This document shows, in pieces, positions 42,001 through 54,202 of a DNA stretch of 64,000 nucleotides. A model generated the notes under the pieces. It had not been told where the DNA came from. It did not search any database and worked only from the letters and a program-made list of their open reading frames with translations. The stretch lies in assembly GCF_006345805.1 (NCBI RefSeq), contig NC_043006.1, positions 71,982,001 to 72,046,000 of the forward strand, written 5' to 3'. The stretch comes from Octopus sinensis. Its lineage: Eukaryota. Position 1 is the stretch's first letter. Every line of letters starts with the position of its first letter. A program made the translations under genes and the position numbers.

Positions 42001-45000
42001 AAATATTCATTTACCAATGTTAATATTGGTTATCATCTGTATCAATCTAACCAATCTGGGAAGGTCTATAATGATCACCTGGACTGACACCCCACCTCTC
42101 CCTGCTTCACCTCTTCTGTCTGCTTTTGATTTCTCCACTCTGATTGATTTTTCTTTCTTTCTTTTCCACCATCTTTGTTTCCCAACTACCAGGGAATGTT
42201 AGCACACTGGACCAAGAAAATCATTGTCGAAGAAGGCCATGCAGTTCCTCAACTTGTCCATTTGCTGTAAGTATATTATTTTATTGCTCACCTTCTTTAT
42301 GTTGCAAAGATCTGTTATTACAGATGCTGCTGCCACTGGTTCATGTTTATTAGTGGTGCAGCAATGTAGAAGTCAGGGCAATCAACTGTCACGGAAGGTC
42401 TGAATGTTTCTGAAGATCCTTCGTCATTGACTGACTCCAGATGTCTCAAATTTGGCATGGAGAGCATGCCACATACTCCTGTCAGACTAACTGGATATGA
42501 CAGTGCTTTGTGGTTATCGGTGCAATCAAAATTAGGGATTAAACTGTTTTATCATTGACTGTGGGTGGTACTATGATGAGGAAACTGTTATAGTTTGATG
42601 TACCATATTTTAACGTGTATAATGAACCCCGTAATTTTGGGGGCTTAAAATTTGGAAAAAAGATGTTGTAAGGGATTATAATACTATCCATGTATAAGAA
42701 ACTCCCATATTTTTTAAACCTAATTTTTGACAAAAAACAGTTCCTTATACACATTAAAATACGGGCAGAATATCTTAAGCTATCATCCTACATCCATCTT
42801 ATAAATTAGTTTTTAAGGTTTTTGTCATATGAAATTTTATAAATGTTTAACCCTTTAGTATTCAGATTACTATGTAAATTGTAATGCTTATTTATTCACA
42901 TTGTTTTCAATTAATCATGCATTATCTCATAGCTTTGAGATTTCAATGAGGTGATTGTATATTTTTAGAATGACAGTGTAGGTTAGGTGTGAGAGGCCAG
43001 ATCTCTTCAGCACTTGACTGGTATTTTATTTTATCAACCCTAGCTGGATGAAAGCAAAGTTGGTCTCAGTGGAATTCAAACTCAGTATTATGTTGAACCA
43101 GGACAAATACCACAAGGCATTTTCCCTAATGATCTCTAATGCTGCTGTCAATTGACTGTCCTTGAAGTCAAATACTGCAGACTATCAAATCAAATATGTC
43201 CTGTCCATCCTTCCATCCATTTTCACTGTCCACTATTTCTGGGAAGGTCACAGGAGTCTTCAGGTACTTGCTCCTTAGGGTGTAATCAGAAGCAACTGTC
43301 ATTGCCCTTTCTGGCTGGAATCCCAAGCATGACCAATTGAGTCCATGGATATTATCCAACTGTCTTGTTCTAAGTCTCCTACTCTCTTCCAAAATTTGTA
43401 ATTTTATACCTAAAAAAAAATTATTCTGACTGAGAGACATAATTATGTTTTATCAACTCCCAGCTTTCTGTCAGTATTTATGTTTCATGTTCTCATTATT
43501 TCTTGTTGTTCTCTTAATCCACAGACAACTTGTGGTACGTCATTACAAAGTCTACTACCCCGTACGTCACCATTTAATTCAGCATATGGTCAGTTCCTTA
43601 CAGCGACTTGGCTTCACACAAAATGTAAGTTTTCCCCACATTTCTTCACAATATTTTGAGGTCTGTGTTCCTGTCCATTGAATTTCAAATAGCCTTTTCT
43701 CCTATAAACAGGATTATCATTGTCATCATCATCATTTAATGTCTGCCTTCCATGCTAGTAGATCTGAATTTGACATTGTACTATTTCTTCATCATCAATC
43801 ATTTTATGTTTCTCTGTGTTAAAGATGTTGTTACAGTTGGAGTCTTGTTTGGACTTACTACTCTTCTGAAGATGAATTGAAAAACTACATCTTGCTTATA
43901 TTTCATTTTTGGATTGTGTTCTATGCCTGAGGGCTCTTTAAACACTGTCCACTCTCCTAGTTCCTCTGTCCCTTCTCAGTTTCACTTGCCTTGTACCTTG
44001 AGGGGGGCTACCTGGACACTTCATTACCATTCTTTATGTCTCATATCTCGACCCACATCTGCTAGCATAAAGTCCCTACCCTCTTGGTTTCATAATCTTG
44101 CAAGTTGCATGGTGACCTGATTAGTGCTGGTGCTACATAAAAAGCATCCAGCCCACTCTGTAAAGTGGTTGGTGTTAGGAAGAGTACCCAGCTGTAGAAA
44201 CCATGTCTAAGTAGACATTAGATCCTGTCAAACTGTTCAACTCATTGTCAACATGGAACATGGGTATTATATGATGATGATGATGTGTACACACACACAT
44301 TTTGTTATTTACCCCTGGTTGGCCCTGAAACCGATGATCAAATGTCTTCCAGCTGTGGCTATTCTGTTTTTTATTCAAACACAGTACATCTAAGACTATA
44401 GTATCTAAAGTGGACATTGGATCCCAACACAGCCCACTGGTTAGTCAGACCCTGTTGAACTGTCCAAGCCATGCCACCATGGAATATGGGCTTCAGTTAT
44501 ATGATGATGACAGTGTGTTACGATTGGAATTTAGCTGTTATTTCTCTTAGATTGATCATCCTCACTGAGAACCACTTATTGACTAAGTGTCGTTTTTTTT
44601 TTTTGTTGAAAGTTGTGCTAAAAAAGCTACAAAAAAAAGACTCTTTCATATTTTAACAATATTATCTGTTATTTGTATTTTCTTGTACAGCTCCTGCCCC
44701 CATACATATACCTTGTTTGTTGTTGTTTTTGTTTCATTGTTGTCATTTCAATCTACAGCACTCATTTGAACACAAGAAGTTGGCTGTGGAGTTATCTGAA
44801 GTAATAATTAAATGGGAAATGCAAAGAATCAAAGATGACCAACAACTACCATCAGAGGTAACCAATAACATTTCTCTCTCTCTCTCTCTCTCTCCCTTCA
44901 TTGAGTCATATGATCTAGAGCTTTTATATGTATTTTCTACTGTCTGTCACTGCTTGTTTCTATGGATCATTGACGCAGGTATTTTAGTATTAGGGACAGA

Positions 45001-48000
45001 TGTGGTGTGTAGTTAAAAGCTTGCTTCCCAACCACATGGTTTGGGTTCAGTCCCATTGCATGTCACCATGGGTTAGCGTCTTCTATTATAGCCCCTGGCT
45101 GACTGAAGTCTTGTAAGTGGATCTGGTAGACAGAAACTGAAAGAAGCCCATCATATATGTATGTGTGTTGTTGTCTACTTGCCATAACATTGCATGATAG
45201 TTGTAAATGGGTCACCATCATGCATAAAGGGTCTTTTGTATTCAATCTTCTATGAAAACATGTTTGGCCATGGAACGATATTACTTCACTTGGATATGTG
45301 TGAAGGTTGGCAACAGGAAAAGCATCCAGCCATAGAAAACCTGTTTATGCAGATTCCAGCCAACCAATGTGAGCATAGGAAAGTGGACATGGTGAATAAT
45401 AATAAACAGTGATAAATAAGCTAGAGTGGTGCCACTTCACTACCAGTTCTTATAGTGTAGAACTTACACTGCCAAAACCTTAGACTGTCAAGAACCACTG
45501 CCAAGTGCTCTTACATTTTTAATGATACAATTGGATTGCCAGTCAGTAATTAATCACTGTTCTTATATTCACCTCTTGCTGTGGTAACCCTTGTCTATAA
45601 CCCTGGACACAGTTCCCTTACTGGCTGCTGTCAGCTAGAACCAGCTGGTCCCAGAACTCGCAACAAGGTGGGTTGTTACGCTCTGCATATTTAACTCCTT
45701 GTTCTTGTTTGTTTCTGGAGAAGATTTGATCTCAGGATTGTGAATTCAAATGAAACTTACTCTCCAAATTTGGGTTTGGTTTTCTAAACTACTTTTTGGA
45801 TATTTTGCACGTGGCAAGTTTAACTGAAGCAAAAGAATAAAACAGCTTGTATAAAAAGAAATAAAGAAAGCTACTACAAAACAGAAGAAAAAGTTCAACT
45901 GGTTTAGTATTTCAGCTTTAATAAGTCCTGATTGCAGAAAAATTAAAAGTTGATGGCAGTTGGTGCATTACAATTATCCATGATAAGACATTATTAACCC
46001 TTTAGCAATTAAGCTAGCCATATCTGGCCCAGATTTTCTACCAGTTTTATATTCGGATTGACCAAATCAGGCCTCTCACATATACCCTGCAATGTCATTC
46101 CAGAAATAAAAAATCACATCATCAAAATCTCAAAGTTTTGAGATAATGTATGATTAATTCAAAACAATGTGAATAAATAAATATTATATTTGACAGAGTA
46201 ATCTGTATGTTAAATCTAAAATATTTAGTAAATTTATTTTTTCTCCAGTTATGGGGCCAGGAAACCTCTAAATGAGTAACTGTGTGATCAAAAGTATTCC
46301 AGCCATGGCCACTCTGTCTCCTATATGTGGAATGAAGGTGTGTAGCTTAGTGGTTAGGGTATTCGGTTCATGATTGCAAGATCGGGAGTTCAATTCTTGG
46401 TGGCGTGTTGTGTCCTTCAGCAAGGCATTTTATTTCACATTGCTCCAGTTCACTGAGCTGGCAAAAATGAGTAGTACCTGTGTTTCATAGGGCCATCCTT
46501 GTCATATTCTGTATCATGCTGAATCTCCCTGAGAACTACATTAAGGGTATGCATGGCTGTGGAGTGCTCAACCACTTGCATGTTAATTTCACAAGCAGGC
46601 CGTTCCATTGATTGGATCAACTGGAACACACATCATCCTAGCTGACAGAGTACCAGTTATATATATGTGGAACTACATTGTTTAACGTGTTCCACTTTTT
46701 TTCTTTTTTCAAGGACACTAAAGTTTGTGAGAGATCTGACTGCTTTTTGTAGCAGGTCAAGCAACAATGAAAAGGCTCTTTAATTGACTTGAACAGCCAC
46801 AAAGTTTTTCTGAGTTGTGGTGGTTTTCATTAGGTTCTACTTAGCTATATATATATATATATATATATATGTTTTTGAAATACTGCTGTACAGTTGTTAA
46901 GGAGTAACATTAGTTCATTGTAGAAAGGCTTATTGTCCATTTATGCTTTAAAGTTTCCATAACGAAATAATTTAATTAATTTTATTCATGTTTCTCCCTT
47001 GATTTCAGAGTCTGCGTAATCAAACCGATGTGAATAAACCGATTGATAAGCAATACTGTGATTCTGTCGTTAACTTCCTTCTACGAATAGCTTGCCAGGT
47101 AAGTTGGTATTCTGCTGCTATTCTCTATAGGAATGGTCCACTTCATTGTTATATTCACAGACCACTTTGTCCTGGTCACCCTCTCAGTCACCATCATACC
47201 ATTGTGCTTATAGATCATTTGCATAATTATCATGTACATGGATCACTGTGTATATGTATTCACACACACACACACATCTGTATGTGTGTGTGAGTGTTTG
47301 CGTCTCCATGTCTTGGTATTATGTAATTGTTGAAAATAGATGTCATTCCTTCTGATTGATATTCAGTGAAAACATGTCTGGCATGGAGAAATATTACCTT
47401 GCTTACCAGGTAAGGATTGGTGACAGAAAGGGTCCCCAGCTGTAAAAAAAATCTCCCTCAATAAACTCCATCCAATCCATGCGAGCATGGGAAAACAGAT
47501 GTTAAAATAATGATGAAGCTTTTTGATTTTGTAATATTGACAACAGGCTACAAATTTTATGGGGAAAACAGTTGGTTATAGAGAGTTATAATTCACTCCT
47601 GATTTATTTAGAATTTAGGTTATCCAAATTTGACTGTTGTTGTTTAGTACCATATCAATCTTGATCAAGTTGACCTGAGATCAAAAATGTTTTAGTCATG
47701 ACATTTCTGTATTTATACAGTGTCTCTAGAATTACATACCTAATTCAATTTTCCTTAAGATGTTCAGATATGATCTGAGTGAAATTTTGCTGCTATTTCT
47801 AGCAGGTTCTATGACAGCATAGAAGTTTCTTTGAACAAGCAGCACTATCTTGAGACAGACTGTCTAATCTTGGTTTGTTGACATGTCAATGGCAGTAAGG
47901 AAAACCTCCACCAAGTTACTGAAGTGGAGTGATTTTTTTTCCTTAGTTTTATAATTAAATACATCCAAAGACTGAAAATAAGAAAAGAAGTGAGGATTGA

Positions 48001-51000
48001 AATCCTTCAAAGGGATGTCAAACATCCAAGTTCGCCAATACAGTCCAAGCAAAGAATATATATAAAAAAATATATATTCAGTATTTGCAAAAACAATAAA
48101 TGAAGTGTAAGGAAAGGAAAAGAAATTGTAGCTGTAGACAATCTTTAATTCATAATCCAATTGGTACAGATCCAATATGAATTCAATATAAGTCGGATCT
48201 GTACCAACCTGGATTATGAATTAAAGATTGTCTACAGCTACAATTTCTTTTCCTTTCCTTATACTTCATTTAAAATAAGAAAAATATATTTTCAACTCTC
48301 TTTCAAAAAATATCAATAACTGACTATAAGAATCTTCAAAGTAATATTGGTTTGAAGGCCAGAGATTTGGGAGAAGCGGGTTAATCAATTACATTGACTG
48401 GTACTTATTTTATTGACTCAAAAAGGATGAAAAGCAAAGGATGAAAAGCATTTTGTTCGGCATGCTAACGATTCTACCAGCTTGCCACCTTAATCTTCAA
48501 AGTAATATTATACTCTCTGGTTTAGTAACCTCTAGCATCTTTCCTTGAACTGCTGCTCCCTGGAACTCACTACCTTCATCTTGTTTTCCTCTGGTCTATG
48601 ATATTCAGTCCTTTAAACTTTCAATTAGTTGACATCTTTTGAATTTGTTTGCCCCTTCTTTTCCTTTTTTCTAATCTCTTAGTCTCTGCATTGGTTTCAA
48701 GCTTTGTTTGGGACAAAATCATATTTAATAAAAAGAAAAAAAAATTTTTTTACTTTGATTACAATTTTGTCATTTATTTCTTCAGGTGACAGAATCTACA
48801 ACTGCCTTGGCCACTCAAGGAGAAGCCCTCTCAAGACGATGTATCAACTTACTGAAAACTGTCATGAACAAAGATGTATGGCCCAACATTGAACTAAAAC
48901 TTGCCTGGTTTGACAAATTACTGATGACCGTTGAAAACCAGTCTGGCATCACCAATATCTGTACAGCATTAGAATTGTTGACCTTCCTGTTAGGGATTAT
49001 GGTAAGTTTAAATTTTTGATGGTCTGGTTGATTCCTGCTGTCTGTTAGATCAAAATTTCAAGTCTTTATTGTTATTTCTTCGCCATATAAGGTTTTTTGT
49101 ACATTGGGGAAACTTTCAAATATATTTCAAACTCTTGTTTTAGCTTCTTGTCGGTATGAACACTGTATATTCTCTTAGATTTAGACCTACTGCAAAAGGT
49201 CAGGTAGGTGTGGGCAGCTGATTAGAGATGTAACCTTGTTATGAACATATGTTTGTGTATGTGTGCATGCATGCAAACATATACACTCACATAATACATA
49301 CTGTAGTAAAAATATATGTTCTGACATCAATATTAAACATTTTCCCACCAATAATTTCATCTGGTATAAATGGAACTTGTTTCAACATTTCTGATTGTCA
49401 TGATTTATGATAGATGCAGATGTGGTTTTATGGTTAAGCTGTTTGGCTCCCAATTATATAGTTTTAGGTTCAGTCCCACTGCATGGCGCCTTGGGTAAGT
49501 GCCTTCTACTGTAGCCCCAGAACAACCAACGTCTTGTAAGTGGATTTGGTTGATGGAAACTGAAAGAAGCCCATTTTGTGTGTGTGTGTGTGTGTAATAG
49601 TGTTTCCTTGTCTTGATATCATTTGATAATCATAAATGGTTATTACTGCAATACAAACAATGTCATTCATTTCCCATATTCTATGAAAACATGTCTGGCC
49701 ATAGGGAAATATTACCTTGCTTGGAAACAAGTGAGGGTTGGTGATAGGGAGGGCATTTGGCCAGAGAAAATTTGCTTCGATACACTCCAATCTGACCCAT
49801 GTGTGCATAGTAAGTGGACATTGAAATTATGAGGAGCTTAACTTTGGTTTTGCATTCAATGTTTTCAGGTTGATTAAGACTTGTGACTCATGGAATTAGT
49901 CTTTTTTTTATATGTTTAAGAGTATTTTTGTTCTTGTATACATGTATCTTTTATCCTTTACTGGTTTCAGTCATTAGACTGTGGCCACCTTAAAGAATTT
50001 TTAGTTGATTGATTCGGCCCCAGTACTTATTTTTTCTTTTAAGCCTGGTACTTGTTCTGTTGGTCTCTTTTTGCTGAACTGCTAAGTTACAGGGTTGTAA
50101 ATACACCAACACTGGTTTTCAAATTGGTGGTGGAGTGCAAACATAGTCACAAAAACAAACACACACACACACACATAAAATAGGCTTCTTTCAATTTCCG
50201 TCTACCAAATAGATGTAAAGTGGTCTTTTGCCAGTGTTGTATCTGTCTTTTGATGACGGCTGTCGCTCTGACAGATATTGTTATATTCTAAAGTCGTCGA
50301 TAGAATGGTTCTATCTGGCACTGTATGATCTCCAGTCATACAGTGTTAGTATCTTCAAAAGGATTGGATCATTATAATGTCCACTCAGTATCACAGTATA
50401 ATTACTATATCAACACAGACACGACTTACTCATACTCTCAATCTTCTCTATAAATAGACCAGCTAACTGGTCTATTTATAATGGCTGGCTACTCCCACTT
50501 TTTACTGGGATGGGTGTACAGTTTCACTATACAACAACACAAATCCACTTGCAAGGCTTTGATTGGCCTGGAGCTATAGTAGAAGACATTTACCTATGGA
50601 CTCATTCAGTGGGAGTGAACCCAGAACAATATGGTTAGAAAGCAAGCCTTTTACCATACATCTATACCTGCGATGCATTTTTTACCATAACTGACCACAC
50701 TATTCTCTGATATGAGATGAAACTTCACATCTTCACTCTCTTACTTCTCTTCATCTACTAATCAACCCGTTTGTGTGTTTCTTACAGAAAAAAGACAACA
50801 TCCTTGCTAGTTTTAAACCTCTACAACGAGGGATCGCTGCCTGTCTGACATGTCCAAACCCCAAGGTAATCCGTGCCGTACACTCCTTGCTGTCTCGTCT
50901 AATGAGTATCTTCCCTACAGAACCAACCAATGCCCCAGTACCTTCCAAATACGAGGAGCTCGAGTGTCTGTATGCATGCGTCAGTAAAGTCGTCTATGAT

Positions 51001-54000
51001 GGACTCAACAATTACGAAAAGTAAGACATCCTTAACTAGGGTTTTTGGAGTTTTTTTCCCTTTTTTTTTATTAAAAAAAAATTAATTACATTTTTTGTTT
51101 GTATGTGCCAGGAATGTATTGATATCTACATTTAGATTTGTGCAGTACCTTTTTTCATGTTTCATTGAGGACTTATCACACTCTTTTGTGCTAGTGCCAT
51201 GGGAAATGCATGAATTATACCGGTTGGTGACACAAAGAGTATGCAACTATGGAAACCAAAACAAAATGACATGTAAGAGCACCAGGCTGTTTAAGAGCAG
51301 TGGTTCCCAATAAATGATTTGGATTATGAAGACATGTCTAATCCATGCCTGTATGGAAAGAGGATATAAAATGGTAATGATGTAAAAATAATGATGATGA
51401 TGTGGTGGTAACAACAGCTGTTGTTGTTGTTATTAGTTGGTTCTTGTGTGGTGTATAGGGGTTAACTATGTTTAACCCTTTATCATTTAAACTGGCCATA
51501 TCTGGCTTGAGTATTCTATTTGTTTTATGTTCAAATTGGACAGATGCAGCCTCTCGCACCTGTCCTACAATGTTATTCTAAAAATAAACAATCCTCATCA
51601 TCATCATTTAGCATCTGGCATGCTGGTATGGGTTGGACGGTGTGATTGAAACTGGCAAGCTGGAGGGGCTGCACCAGGCTCAAGTCTGATATGGCATGGT
51701 TCCTGTGGTGGATGTAATGGGTGCCAGTGGTGTGATACCAGCATGACTATGATTTCACTTGGCTTGACGGGTCTTCTCAAGCACAGCATATCGCCAAAGG
51801 TCTTGGTCAACTTATCATTGGCTCCATGAGATCCAACATTCTAAGGGTGCTTTTTATATGTCACTGGCACAGGTGCCAGTTATGTAACACAACTATGATT
51901 TCATTTACTTCCCACCCACATGGTTCCACATTCAGTCCCTCTGCTTAGCACTTTGGAAAAGTGTCTTCCACTATGGCTTTGGGCGAACCAAAGCCTTCTG
52001 AGAGGATGTGGTGGACAGAAAGCTGTCATGTATGTGTGTGTGTGTGTGTGAATGTATGCATGCATGTATATGCATGCGTATTCATCGTGAAGGTGCATGG
52101 TTTAATGGTTAGGTTATTTGGCTCATGATCGTAAGTCATGAGTTCAATACCTGGTGATACGTTGTGTCCTTGAGCAAGACACTTTATTTCATGCTGCTCG
52201 AGTCCCCTCAGCTGGCAAGAATGAATTGTACCTGTAACGAATTGGATCAAATGGAACAATTCATTGGCCACAACTATGATTTCATCTTGCTTCACAGATC
52301 CTCAGTTGACCTGTATTTTTTGGCTGTAAATTTTGGTCTTGAAAATTCAACTTGTTTGCCAGAAAATGCTGCAGTGTGTGGAGTGGAGTGGACAGGTTAA
52401 TCCTTGGGCGCTGGGGTGCCAGTTTGGTAGCAGGGTAGGGATGGGGTTAGCTTTTACACTTTATTTCTAACTGTTGTATTGGGAATGCAGTGGGATCATT
52501 AATATATGGAATTCAGGTTTGGTGGTAGGGGAGGGGCTGGTGTTAATTCTTGGCATTACTTTGATCTTGTTTAATCCCAGTTAAACTCTGAGTACCTTAG
52601 ATCAGTTATATTCCACACATGATCATCCTGTTTTATGCAGATGTAGTCTATCTAAGACTATGCTGTCCAATGCATTTTACCTTTTAATTAGATAGTAGAG
52701 TGCTATTTTAGGGAGTTTTGGCTGCTATTTTGTGCAGTTAGTGTGACAACTAGGTGTAATGTAAGGACAGGGTTGGTAGTAACACTTCACATCTAAATGT
52801 TGTGAGCAGAATGGTATGGAATTAATGTTTAGATTCTTGGTGTTAGGGTAGACATTGGGGATATTATGCCTTCATGACTGAATAGTGTAGTATTGATGTT
52901 CAGAATTCGTGCAGTTGGTGGTACAGGTATCAATAGTGCACCTAGATCAGAAGTAGTGTGTGAAGTTGTATTGGTGATAGTGATCTGTCTGTTGCGATGG
53001 AGTTATGGTTTGGTATTTTGAGAGGCGACAATCCTTCACTAGTTCAATCTCAGCTAAGGATAATCTAAGTTTGTCTCAAAGAAAGAAAAAATTATACAAA
53101 CATGAAGGATTATGAGTGTTGTATGCTCTCTACCCACATACATACATACATATATGCATGCATACATACAGACAAACAGACATAGATTTGTGGCTCTCTC
53201 TCTCTCAAATACTCTGTTTTCATGTCTCTACAGGTCAACTGGGAACTCTAACAACATACTGTTTCCAACCTTGATGATTCTGAAGGCTGCATGCATGCAT
53301 AACCCTTGCTATATAGACCGACTGATTGCCTTATTTATGAAAGTACTACAAAAAATGGCTCGTGAACACCTGACAGCTAACAATGAGCAGAATCCAGGTG
53401 AGTCAGCGGTTCTCATACATCTTTTGTAATTTTTTTGTTATCAACCTAAATGTCTAAAATGAGATATTAGTGATGTATATGTGTATCATCATCATCATTT
53501 GATACTGATGTGGGTTGGACATTTTGACAAGGGCTGGGGAATCAGAGGACTGCAATGGACTCCAGTGTCTGCTTTGCCATGATTTCTATGGCTGGATGCC
53601 CTTCCTAATGCCAACCACTTTATAGCATACTGGATGTTTTTAATATGGTATCAACACTTCTAGGTGCAGACTCGGCTGTGAAGTTGAGAGAATTACTTTC
53701 CACCCGCATGGTTCCAGGTTCAGTCCCTCTGCTTGGCACCTTGGACAAGTGTCTTCTACTATGGCTCTGGGCCACACAAAGCCTTGTGAGTGGATGTGGT
53801 TGACAGGAACTGATAGAAAGCTGTCATATATATATGTATGTATGTACATATGTACTATACACACACATACATACTTATATACAAATACACACATGGCTTT
53901 TTTCTCTACCCTCCCCCCCATTTTCCATCTATTTTCTCTCCTCATTCCTTCCTAAAGAGCTTAGGCACAAAATGTCAGACGTCTCCCATTTTTCTCTGAG

Positions 54001-54151
54001 CATCAAACCTCATTTGTTGTTCTCATGCCTGTCCTTCTCTTTTGCTTTTTGTTTAATTTTGAATGCTGTGTGTGTGTGTGTGTACATGTAAATAAATACA
54101 TATGTATACAAACATACAAATATAAACATATACATACATATACATACATAC

Positions 54152-54202
<51 letters not shown>

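Noticed and set aside
43200-43400. Possible RTE/BovB-like remnant on the minus strand ([12 protein letters not shown])
   Set aside because: Similarity is too faint to support a call without alignment.
45613-45667. Possible extra TRRAP exon (cag|ttccc...caacaag|gtggg)
   Set aside because: 55 nt breaks the frame, the pyrimidine tract is weak, and the peptide does not resemble TRRAP.
47864-48175. 103-aa minus-strand ORF beside the 48.1-kb hairpin (similar case at 21803-22108)
   Set aside because: No recognisable domain. The length is plausible by chance, and any transposase resemblance is too weak to claim.
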